Assembly: GCA_036381535.1 (NCBI GenBank)
Contig: DASVCQ010000047.1
Coordinates: forward strand, 1-44,020
Direction of reading: 5' to 3'
Source of the DNA: Patescibacteria group bacterium
GTDB lineage: Bacteria; Patescibacteriota; Microgenomatia; Levybacterales; UBA12049
Length of the DNA stretch: 44,020 bases
The notes beneath the pieces were generated by a model. That model ran no database searches. It was given only the letters and a program-made list of their open reading frames with translations, and was not told the origin of the DNA. Shown here in pieces: positions 7,488 to 15,561 of this stretch. Made by a program: the position numbers and the translations under genes. Position 1 is the stretch's first letter. Every line of letters begins with the position of its first letter.

Positions 7488-8921
7488 ATGAATACATTTC
7501 CACCAGTTGTATCAGTGTTAGGCCATGTTGATCATGGTAAGACTACACTTTTGGACGCTATAAGAAAAAGCAATATTGCCAATCGTGAGCATGGAGGTAT
7601 TACCCAAAAAATCGGAGCATCAAGTGTTGAGGTATCCCACGAAGGAGGGATAAGTAGAATTACCTTTATTGATACCCCTGGCCATGAAGCATTTTCTTCT
7701 ATGCGGGGTAGAGGTGCAAGAGTTGCGGATATTGGAGTCTTGGTTATTGCAGCAAATGATGGTGTAATGCCCCAAACAAAAGAGTCTATACAGCTTCTAA
7801 AAAATGCGAATATCCCATATATTGTTGCCTTCACAAAGTCTGACTTGCCTGAAGCACAAATTGAGAAAGTAAAACAGCAGCTTCTTAAAGAGGATGTAAT
7901 TGTTGATAGCCTTGGAGGAGAGGTCCCCTCAATTGAGGTCTCGGCAAAGTCAGGCCACAATGTAAAAGAGCTTTTGGACCTTATTTTACTTGTTTTTGAA
8001 ATGAATTATGCACAGGAAAAGGAAGTCGGAAAGGTCTCTGAAAATTCTCCGCTTGAGGCTGTTGTTATTGAATCCAAGCTCGATCCAAAATCAGGCTCAA
8101 GAGCAACAATTGTCATAAAAAATGGCACAATTTCGGTCAAAGACATGGTTGGGGCAGGTAGTGTTAAAGGCAAAGTCAGGTCTTTAGTAACAGAGAGTGG
8201 GAAAATGGTCAACTCAGCAACTATTGGAGATGCAGTTGAAGTCTTGGGTTTTGAAGGCGTTCCATCGGTTGGAAGCATTGTTAGAAAAGAAGGAGAAAAA
8301 GAGACAGGTCTTGTTGAAGCGCCAAAGGCAGTCAAGAAGCAAGCAAGTGGTGAAGAAAAGTTAATATCCCTTATTTTGGTTGCAGATACCCAAGGCTCAC
8401 TTGAGGCTATTCTATATTCTTTACCTGAAAGGGTTAATGTTATTTTATCCAAAACAGGTGATGTTTCTGAGGCAGATGTTATTATGGCCAAATCAACAGG
8501 TGCTATTATCCTCACCTTCAATCTTAAATTAAAGCCTGATCTTCAAAAATTTGCACTTTTGGAAAAAGTTTTGCTCAAAAATTATGCAATTATATATGAA
8601 TTACTGGATGAGTTAGGGGATGTAATAGAGGGAAAGGCCTTGGCAGGTATGGAGCAGCTTTACGGTGCAGCAAGAATCCAGGCTGTTTTTCCATTTGAGA
8701 AGACCCAGGTACTTGGGATCAAAGTTATGGAAGGAAGGATTGCTAAAGGTGACAAGATTCGTATCATGAGAGACGATATAGTAATTGGTGAAAGTAGCGT
8801 TGTAAGTCTTAGACAAGGTAAAGAAATAGCCTCAAAAGCCGAGAAAAATCAAGAGGCGGGGATACTCATTTCTCCTTTCCTTGACTTTTCTATAGGAGAT
8901 GTGATACTATCTCATAGTTAA
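7488..8921 (+). CDS. infB: Translation initiation factor IF-2, minimal form that begins directly at the G domain
   Basis: PPVVSVLGHVDHGKTTLLDAIRK, DTPGHEAF and TKSD GTPase motifs starting at residue 5. Only 477 aa. Confidence 0.9.
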   Translation: MNTFPPVVSVLGHVDHGKTTLLDAIRKSNIANREHGGITQKIGASSVEVSHEGGISRITFIDTPGHEAFSSMRGRGARVADIGVLVIAANDGVMPQTKESIQLLKNANIPYIVAFTKSDLPEAQIEKVKQQLLKEDVIVDSLGGEVPSIEVSAKSGHNVKELLDLILLVFEMNYAQEKEVGKVSENSPLEAVVIESKLDPKSGSRATIVIKNGTISVKDMVGAGSVKGKVRSLVTESGKMVNSATIGDAVEVLGFEGVPSVGSIVRKEGEKETGLVEAPKAVKKQASGEEKLISLILVADTQGSLEAILYSLPERVNVILSKTGDVSEADVIMAKSTGAIILTFNLKLKPDLQKFALLEKVLLKNYAIIYELLDELGDVIEGKALAGMEQLYGAARIQAVFPFEKTQVLGIKVMEGRIAKGDKIRIMRDDIVIGESSVVSLRQGKEIASKAEKNQEAGILISPFLDFSIGDVILSHS

Positions 8922-8923
8922 TT

Positions 8924-10051
8924 ATGGATAATAATTTGTTCCAGCGTCTCAAAGACCTGGTAACTCAACACCAAGCAATAGGAATCGTTGTTCCCCCAAA
9001 TCCAACTCATGATGAGATGGCGGCCGGGTTAGGGATGTATTTGGCCTTAAAACAAATGGGTAAGGCGGTAAGCATTGCTTGTCCAACAGATCCAACTGTT
9101 GCAATTTCCTCACTCGTTGGAATAGACAAAGTCCAAAGAGCTCTTTCAGGCTCAGGTGGAGACTTGGTTGTAACTTTCCCTTATAGAGAAGGAGAAATTG
9201 AAAAAGTTTCATATACTGTTGACAACGGTCAATTAAATATTGTTGTTAAAGCAGGTCAAAATGGTCTTTCCTTCAATCAGTCAGATGTACAATTTAGACA
9301 AGGTGGAGCAATGCCTACACTTCTTTTTACAATGGGTGTAATTGATATGTCCCAAGTATCCAATGTAGTAAATCCAGCAGAAATGACAAATGTTACCGTT
9401 GTTAATTTGGATAACAAACAAAATAACACAGGATTTGGAGATGTTGTCCATGTTTCACCAAGATTTAGCTCAATCTCTGAAATGGTTGCTGACTTTTTGA
9501 CTCTTCTTGAACCACAAATTGAGCTGGATGTAGATACCTCTCAGGATTTGTTATCAGGAATTTTGTCTGCAAATAATGATTTTCAAAATGGTCAGGGAAG
9601 TTATTTAGCTTTTGAAATGACTGGGATTCTTATGAAAAAAGGTGCTGTAAGAAATGTAAATGGAAATGCAGGCGCAAATCCAACAGCTACAGCAATGCCT
9701 ACAAATAATTATTTCCCGCCACAACAACAAGCAGTGCAGGCATCTGAGCCTATATCACAGCAACCAGTCCAACAACAGTCACAATCTGTTCAGAGTTTTG
9801 AGCCTGCTGGGCAGCCTATTCCTTCAATGCAGCAATTTCCAGCACCTGATCAATTAGGTGTACCATTACCAAATCAACCTATTCAGAATTTTCAGCAACC
9901 TGTAATGCAGCAAGAGCCTGTACAACAGGTTCAACCAGTTCAACAGCCCGTTCAACCTGTTCAGAATGTTCAGCCAGTACAACAACAAAATGGTCAGCCT
10001 CCATCTGATTGGTTGACTCCAAAAGTCTACAAAGGCTCAACTGTCCTATAA
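8924..10051 (+). CDS. DHH-domain (NrnA-like) protein with degenerate catalytic motifs and a Pro/Gln-rich C-terminal tail
   Basis: Occupies the position of nrnA/rbfA after infB and has NrnA-like spacing. Motif I reads PPNPTHDEMAAGLG and DHH reads LDNKQNNTGFG. The DHHA1 domain is replaced by about 120 aa of P/Q/V low complexity. Confidence 0.45.
   Translation: MDNNLFQRLKDLVTQHQAIGIVVPPNPTHDEMAAGLGMYLALKQMGKAVSIACPTDPTVAISSLVGIDKVQRALSGSGGDLVVTFPYREGEIEKVSYTVDNGQLNIVVKAGQNGLSFNQSDVQFRQGGAMPTLLFTMGVIDMSQVSNVVNPAEMTNVTVVNLDNKQNNTGFGDVVHVSPRFSSISEMVADFLTLLEPQIELDVDTSQDLLSGILSANNDFQNGQGSYLAFEMTGILMKKGAVRNVNGNAGANPTATAMPTNNYFPPQQQAVQASEPISQQPVQQQSQSVQSFEPAGQPIPSMQQFPAPDQLGVPLPNQPIQNFQQPVMQQEPVQQVQPVQQPVQPVQNVQPVQQQNGQPPSDWLTPKVYKGSTVL
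9917..9988 (+). repeat. Coding tandem repeat (GTTCAR-CCN, V-Q-P units, 9/12-nt period) in the P/Q-rich tail
   Basis: gttcaacca gttcaacagccc gttcaacct gttcagaat gttcagcca gtacaacaa. Confidence 0.7.
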
Positions 10052-10075
10052 AGTTCTAATTCTTAATTTGTACGA

Positions 10076-10104
10076 TTGCGGACCGAAAGAGAACATGCTA
10101 TAAT
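10076..10104 (+). promoter_or_regulatory. rpsO promoter TTGCGG-17-(TGc)TATAAT
   Basis: -10 at 10099-10104 with TG at 10096-10097. The ATG is 11 nt downstream, so the leader is very short. Confidence 0.55.
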
Positions 10105-10115
10105 ACACATACTTT

Positions 10116-10385
10116 ATGGTTTTGAATGTAGTACAAAAACAAGATATTATTAAAGAGTTTCAGACTCAAAACGGAGATACTGGAAGTCCTGAGGTACAGA
10201 TTGCACTCTTAACGCACAGAATAAAATCCCTTATTTCACATCTTCAGGGACATGCAAATGACAATCACAGCAGACGCGGACTTTTGTCCATGATTGCAAA
10301 AAGAAGAAGGTTACTCAATTTCTTAGAAAAAATTGACAAAAAGAGAGCAGAAGCCATAATTGAGAAATTAGGCCTTCGAAGTTAA
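10116..10385 (+). CDS. rpsO: 30S ribosomal protein S15
   Basis: 89 aa. GDTGSPEVQIALLTHRIKSLISHLQGHANDNHSRRGLLSMIAKRRRLLNFL is the canonical S15 core. Confidence 0.95.
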   Translation: MVLNVVQKQDIIKEFQTQNGDTGSPEVQIALLTHRIKSLISHLQGHANDNHSRRGLLSMIAKRRRLLNFLEKIDKKRAEAIIEKLGLRS

Positions 10386-10479
10386 CATCGGAATTTCTTC
10401 TTGTGTTGATGATAGAATAAATAAGATATTTGTTATATAATAAGAAAGTTGTAAAAATAAGAAAGAACGAAAAGAAATA

Positions 10480-12753
10480 ATGAAATTTACCTCAAAATCT
10501 ATTGAATTTGCCGGAAAAAAGCTCACTCTTGAAACAGGCAAATTAGCAAAATTAGCAACAGCAGCAGTTGTGGCACGCTTGGGCGACACAATGGTTTTGG
10601 CTACGGTTGTTGCCTCCAAAAAAGAGACTACACTTGATTATTTCCCACTTTCAGTTGAGTATATTGAAAGACTTTATGCTGGAGGACGTATCAAAGGAAG
10701 CCGTTGGGTTAAAAGACAAGGCAGACCAACTGACGAAGCAGTACTTACAGGAAGACTTATAGATAGATCTATTAGACCACTTTTCCCTAAAGAATACAAA
10801 AATGATGTACAGGTTGTTGTGACAGTACTATCTGTTGATGGAGAAAATGAATCAGATGTACTCTCAATTATTGCTGTATCTGCAGCGCTTGCCATGTCAC
10901 CAATTCCATGGAAAGGCCCAATTGGCGCAATCCGCATGGGATATAAAGATGGTGAGTATCTCCTCAATCCGGGTGGGGAAGTTTTGTCTGAATCACAGCT
11001 TGATTTGGTTGTTACACAGAGTAAAGAAAAAACACTCATGCTTGAGGCAGGAGCACTTCAGGTTGCTGAAGATGTTACTCTTGAGGCAATCTCTAAAGCT
11101 CACAAAGAGACCTCAAAACTTATTTCATTCATTGAAGAATTTGCGAAAGAAGCTGGACGAGAAAAAGTAGTTGTAAATCCAGATGAAGTACTTTTGGAAT
11201 ATGTAGGTGTTGTTGAAAAGTCATACAAAAAAGATATTGAAAATTTGGTTGCATTAAGAGCAGAAAATGAAGGGAGTAGTGCAGATCAGGAAGTGTTGGT
11301 TGATAAAATATTTGCTGAGGTTACAGCAGATGAAAATGCTACGAAAGTAGACAAAAAGACAATCGCAAAAGCAGTAGAGAAAGTCTTCTTTAAGATTATC
11401 CGCTCCAACATCTTAGAAAAAGGTAAAAGACCGGATGGGCGTAAAGTTGATGAAATAAGGCCTCTTAGTGCAGAAATTGATCTTTTGCCAAGAGTTCACG
11501 GATCTGGACTTTTCCAAAGAGGTGATACTCAGGCTCTAAGTATTGTAACTCTTGGAGCAGGGAGAATGGAACAACTCTTGGAGTCTCCAGAAGGTGAAGA
11601 AACAAAAAGATATATTCATCATTACTCATTCCCTCCATATTCTGTCGGAGAAACAGGCAGAGTCGGCTTTTTATCTCGTCGTGAAATAGGACATGGAGCA
11701 TTGGGTGAGCGCGCACTTTTGGGTGTTATTCCAAGTAAAGATGTTTTCCCATATACAATCCAAGTTAATTCAGAGGTATTGGCATCCAATGGCTCGACCT
11801 CAATGGCCTCAACCTGTGGATCTACACTCGCTCTTATGACAGCAGGAGTTCCACTTTTGGCACCTGTTGCCGGAATTGCAATGGGACGTGTGCAAGACGG
11901 TGAAAAATATGTTTTGCTTACAGATATCTTGGGACTTGAAGATTTCTCAGGAGATATGGACTTTAAGGTAGCAGGATCTACAACTGGAATAACTGCAATT
12001 CAACTGGATGTAAAAGACGCCGGACTGACTGTTGAGCAAATTGGTGAAGTTTTTGAGCGGGCGAAGACAGCAAGACTTAAAATCTTGGATGTTATGCTTG
12101 CGGCAATTTCTACTCCAAGACCTAGTGTTTCTGAATTTGCACCAAAAGTTGCATTAGTTAAGATTCCTGTTGAAAAAATTGGTGAAGTTATAGGACCCGG
12201 CGGACGCGTTATTAAAAATATTATCGCAACAACTGGGGCTGATGTAGAAGTAGAAGATGACGGGACAGTAAATGTTTCGGGAGCATCTGAGGAGCAAGTA
12301 CAGAGTGCAGTATCCTGGATACAGGGTTTGACACGAGAAGTACAAGCAGGTGAAGTATTTGAAGATGCAGAAGTAAAAAGAATTTTGCCTTTTGGAGCAT
12401 TTGTTGAATTTTTACCGGGTAAAGAGGGAATGGTGCATGTTTCTAAGATGGCAGACCACTTTGTCCAAAACCCTCAAGAAGTTGTAAATATAGGAGATCA
12501 TGTAAAAGTCTGGGTTAATGAAATAGATGACCAGGGAAGAATAAATCTCTCTATGGTAGATCCATCTCAATTGCAACAGAGACAACCAAGGGAAGATAGA
12601 GGACCAAGAGAACACCGTGAATTTCGTCCACACGACAGAAATGACCGCGGAGCAGACAGGCCAAAACATCCATTAGCAATGCAATTTGAGCGCGAAAAAC
12701 GAGAAAAACAAGGCGGATTTCGTAGCAAAACAAAAAGAGACTACAATAGATAA
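10480..12753 (+). CDS. pnp: Polyribonucleotide nucleotidyltransferase (PNPase) with an Arg/Asp/Glu-rich C-terminal extension
   Basis: Two RNase PH domains, KH (GPGGRVIKNI) and S1 (GEVFEDAEVKRILPFGAFVEFLPGKEGMVHVS). Follows rpsO as in most bacteria. Confidence 0.95.
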   Translation: MKFTSKSIEFAGKKLTLETGKLAKLATAAVVARLGDTMVLATVVASKKETTLDYFPLSVEYIERLYAGGRIKGSRWVKRQGRPTDEAVLTGRLIDRSIRPLFPKEYKNDVQVVVTVLSVDGENESDVLSIIAVSAALAMSPIPWKGPIGAIRMGYKDGEYLLNPGGEVLSESQLDLVVTQSKEKTLMLEAGALQVAEDVTLEAISKAHKETSKLISFIEEFAKEAGREKVVVNPDEVLLEYVGVVEKSYKKDIENLVALRAENEGSSADQEVLVDKIFAEVTADENATKVDKKTIAKAVEKVFFKIIRSNILEKGKRPDGRKVDEIRPLSAEIDLLPRVHGSGLFQRGDTQALSIVTLGAGRMEQLLESPEGEETKRYIHHYSFPPYSVGETGRVGFLSRREIGHGALGERALLGVIPSKDVFPYTIQVNSEVLASNGSTSMASTCGSTLALMTAGVPLLAPVAGIAMGRVQDGEKYVLLTDILGLEDFSGDMDFKVAGSTTGITAIQLDVKDAGLTVEQIGEVFERAKTARLKILDVMLAAISTPRPSVSEFAPKVALVKIPVEKIGEVIGPGGRVIKNIIATTGADVEVEDDGTVNVSGASEEQVQSAVSWIQGLTREVQAGEVFEDAEVKRILPFGAFVEFLPGKEGMVHVSKMADHFVQNPQEVVNIGDHVKVWVNEIDDQGRINLSMVDPSQLQQRQPREDRGPREHREFRPHDRNDRGADRPKHPLAMQFEREKREKQGGFRSKTKRDYNR

Positions 12754-12870
12754 CTTCAATTTTCAATTTTTAGTTCTCAATTTTTATTAAATTTATAATT
12801 CTTCAATTTTCAAACTTTTTGATATTTATTGAAATTTTGTTGAAAATTGTAAAATGCAAATTGAAAAATC
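12754..12870. repeat. AT-rich spacer built from CAATTTTCA / TGAAAATTG inverted repeats (pnp-rnj)
   Basis: CAATTTTCA at 12757 and 12804, TGAAAATTG at 12841. Left and right halves are imperfectly complementary. Confidence 0.6.
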
Positions 12871-14568
12871 ATGTATACTAATAATATGAACGATAAAGAA
12901 ACAGTTTCTATTATTCCACTTTCAGGGGTTGGGGATGTCACGCGTAATATGTATGTTTACCAATACCAAAATCAAATGCTTATTGTCGATTGTGGCTTGG
13001 GGTTTGCAGATGAAACAATGCTTGGGGTAGATTTACTTATTCCGGATATTACTTATCTTCAAAATGCTCTAAAATCAGGTAAAAAAATTGTCGGGATGCT
13101 TATTACTCACGGACACGAAGACCATATGGGTGCACTTCCTTTTATATTGCCTCAGCTTTTAGTAGATGGTGTTGATTTTCCAATTTATGCTACTCCTTTT
13201 TGCGCGGGACTTGCCAATAAAAAATTGCAGGATTTTGGTGTTGCCAAAAAAATAGAAGCAGTACCGCTTGAGTCGGACCATGAGCTGCATTTAGGTGTTT
13301 TTTCGGCACAATTTATTCGGGTTACCCATTCGGTTGTAGATACGTCGCATATTTTTATTCGTACACCAATCGGGAATTTTTATCATGGAAGTGACTTTAA
13401 GATTGATCCGACTCCTTTTGATAACAAGCCGACAAATAAAGATAAAATTAAGCAAGTAGGGAGTCAGGGTATTCTGTGTTTGCTATCTGACTGCTTGGGT
13501 GCTGAGAGAAAAGGAGCAACTCCATCAGAGGCAACACTTACAGATTTTTTTGTTGAGGAAATGAAACGTACAAGAGGTAAATTTGTTGTAACTACATATT
13601 CTTCAAATATTAATAGACTAAATCAGGTATTAAAAGCAGCAGAAGCATTGGGAAAGCGTGTCTGTTTTGTGGGTAGGTCTCTTATCAAGACAATTGAGGT
13701 CGCAAAGCAGATGGGGCTAGTACATATGCCAAAAGGAATGGAAATCCGCGTGGACCAAGTTAAGCAGCAAAAAGATAATCAGTTGGTGCTTTTTGTAGCG
13801 GGAAGTCAAGGACAGGAAAATTCTGCACTTACCCGAATTGCCGAGGGAATACATAAAGAAATAAAACTCAATCCTCAAGATACTGTTGTATTTTCTTCAG
13901 ATCCTATTCCGGGAAATGAAATTATGGTAAATCAGCTCATTGATACTATCTCAAGAATTGGATGCAATGTTGTGTATTCAGATATTGCTCATGTTCATGT
14001 CTCGGGACACGGGTCATCGGACGAATTGATGGAGTTAGTTGAGATGACCAAACCCAAGAAAATGTTGCCAATTGGAGGTAATTTTAGACATATGGTTGCA
14101 TATCAGAAATTGGCAATGGAACATGGGTATAAAAAAGAAGACGTTTTCTTGCCTGATGATGGACAAGAGATTGTTTTTAGCAGGAATGGTGCTCAACTGG
14201 GCAAAAGATTCCCTGTAAGACATGTATATGTAGATGAATTAAGTGGAGAAGAGGTTGAGAGTTATGTCCTTCGTGACAGGCAAAGACTTTCTCAAGATGG
14301 AGTTGTGGCAATTATTACAGAAATTGACTCAGAAAATGGTAGGCTTGTCCAAAAACCGAATATTATTCTAAGAGGGCTTTCTGATGCAGATTCGGATGTG
14401 GTAGTAAAAGAAATTCAGACAGATATCCAAAGACTTTTTGCCGGTAAAAAGGGTAAAGTAAATAATTTTGTCTATATTCGCAAGATGATTGGCCAGGAAA
14501 TAGAACAACAGCTTTTTAGAAAATACCGCAAAAAACCCCTAATTCTACCGATTGTAATAGAAGTCTAA
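12871..14568 (+). CDS. rnj: Ribonuclease J (metallo-beta-lactamase / beta-CASP)
   Basis: LITHGHEDHMGALPF motif, beta-CASP region, HVSGHGS motif, 565 aa. Confidence 0.88.
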   Translation: MYTNNMNDKETVSIIPLSGVGDVTRNMYVYQYQNQMLIVDCGLGFADETMLGVDLLIPDITYLQNALKSGKKIVGMLITHGHEDHMGALPFILPQLLVDGVDFPIYATPFCAGLANKKLQDFGVAKKIEAVPLESDHELHLGVFSAQFIRVTHSVVDTSHIFIRTPIGNFYHGSDFKIDPTPFDNKPTNKDKIKQVGSQGILCLLSDCLGAERKGATPSEATLTDFFVEEMKRTRGKFVVTTYSSNINRLNQVLKAAEALGKRVCFVGRSLIKTIEVAKQMGLVHMPKGMEIRVDQVKQQKDNQLVLFVAGSQGQENSALTRIAEGIHKEIKLNPQDTVVFSSDPIPGNEIMVNQLIDTISRIGCNVVYSDIAHVHVSGHGSSDELMELVEMTKPKKMLPIGGNFRHMVAYQKLAMEHGYKKEDVFLPDDGQEIVFSRNGAQLGKRFPVRHVYVDELSGEEVESYVLRDRQRLSQDGVVAIITEIDSENGRLVQKPNIILRGLSDADSDVVVKEIQTDIQRLFAGKKGKVNNFVYIRKMIGQEIEQQLFRKYRKKPLILPIVIEV

Positions 14569-14569
14569 T

Positions 14570-15040
14570 ATGTATAACCACGCTTTGAAAGATGAGGTAT
14601 GTCCTATTTGTTTGGGAGTTAGAAAAATTGAAAACGCCCAGACACTTATTAGGCAAAGCGACATTGTCTACCAAGATGAAGATGTGACAGCTTTTATTTC
14701 TTCATTTTTTATTGGGAATAATAAAGGACATGTGGTAATTGTCCCAAATCAACATTTTGAAAATATTTATGATCTTCCAGAAGAAGTTATCTCACAAATT
14801 CAAAAAATAGCTAAAAAATTAGCAATTGCTGTGAGAGGGGCCTACTCCTGTGAAGGGATAACTCTTCTGCAAAATAACGAGCCAGCAGGAAACCAACACG
14901 CATTCCATTATCATTTACACATTTTTCCAAGATACCAAAACGACGAACTGTACGTCTATATGCTAAAAAAAACACCAACAACTCCGAAAGAAAGACTCCC
15001 ATATGCTGAGAAATTAAAAACGCACTTAAAAAATTTATAA
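14570..15040 (+). CDS. HIT family (histidine triad) nucleotide hydrolase
   Basis: HAFHYHLHIFPR histidine triad. The start is 1 nt after the rnj stop. Confidence 0.8.
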   Translation: MYNHALKDEVCPICLGVRKIENAQTLIRQSDIVYQDEDVTAFISSFFIGNNKGHVVIVPNQHFENIYDLPEEVISQIQKIAKKLAIAVRGAYSCEGITLLQNNEPAGNQHAFHYHLHIFPRYQNDELYVYMLKKTPTTPKERLPYAEKLKTHLKNL

Positions 15041-15074
15041 TAGTATTTTATCTTGTTTGGCACGAGAGGTTGTT

Positions 15075-15491
15075 TTAGGAGAAAATTTTTGATCCAAATT
15101 TTTCTATTGTCATTTTGGTGTATTTTTCAAGTGGGAGTTGGAAAATCTCATCTTTTCCTGCCCAAATATATTCTTGTCCTTCCTCGTTTAGAATAATTTC
15201 ATCAGAAATTGCTTCAACCCTATAATCAAGAAAAATAAAATGCTTTTTATCATGGAATTCTTCTTCCTCTACAAATTCCCACAAGCAAATGAATTCAGGA
15301 GAAGTAATCTTCAAATTTGTTTCCTCTTTTACTTCTCTTATAAGTGCTTCTTCAATTTTCTCACCAATTTCTATGTGTCCTCCAGGTACAACATATTTAT
15401 CTTTCCATTTGTGGGATTTCATTAGAAAAAGCTTATTTTGAGAATTAATTATAAAAGCACCAACGACCGGTTCGGGATAAGTCTTGTTCAT
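15075..15491 (-). CDS. NUDIX hydrolase
   Basis: Nudix box GGHIEIGEKIEEALIREVKEETNL. 138 aa. Confidence 0.85.
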   Translation of the reverse strand: MNKTYPEPVVGAFIINSQNKLFLMKSHKWKDKYVVPGGHIEIGEKIEEALIREVKEETNLKITSPEFICLWEFVEEEEFHDKKHFIFLDYRVEAISDEIILNEEGQEYIWAGKDEIFQLPLEKYTKMTIEKFGSKIFS

Positions 15492-15497
15492 GAAATT

Positions 15498-15506
15498 ATT
15501 ATATCA
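15498..15506 (-). promoter_or_regulatory. Extended -10 promoter TGaTATAAT for the Nudix gene, 6 nt before its ATG (15491)
   Basis: Minus-strand reading of 15498-15506. Confidence 0.5.
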
Positions 15507-15526
15507 GAGAAAAGTAAAGCTTGGAG

Positions 15527-15554
15527 TTGCATTAGCTTTGAGATACTCTATAAT
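15527..15554 (+). promoter_or_regulatory. ftsK promoter TTGCAT-16-TATAAT, 7 nt before the ATG at 15562
   Basis: -35 at 15527-15532, -10 at 15549-15554. Confidence 0.55.
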
Positions 15555-15561
15555 AGAGTAT

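Noticed and set aside
7532-8521. Long antisense ORFs (7532..7960 and 8006..8521 on the minus strand; likewise 10674..11039, 15897..16490, 20440..20922, 23137..23472, 34802..35392, 36023..36322).
   Set aside because: Each lies wholly inside a strongly conserved gene on the opposite strand (infB, pnp, ftsK, AMP phosphorylase, rpoC and others) and has low-complexity, S/P/L-rich shadow-frame composition. These are treated as non-coding.
10049-10066. Apparent 7-nt periodic TAA triplets after the DHH-like gene (TAA at 10049, 10057, 10064).
   Set aside because: The spacing is 8 then 7 nt, only two reading frames are covered, and the units are dissimilar. It is not a member of the heptamer family.
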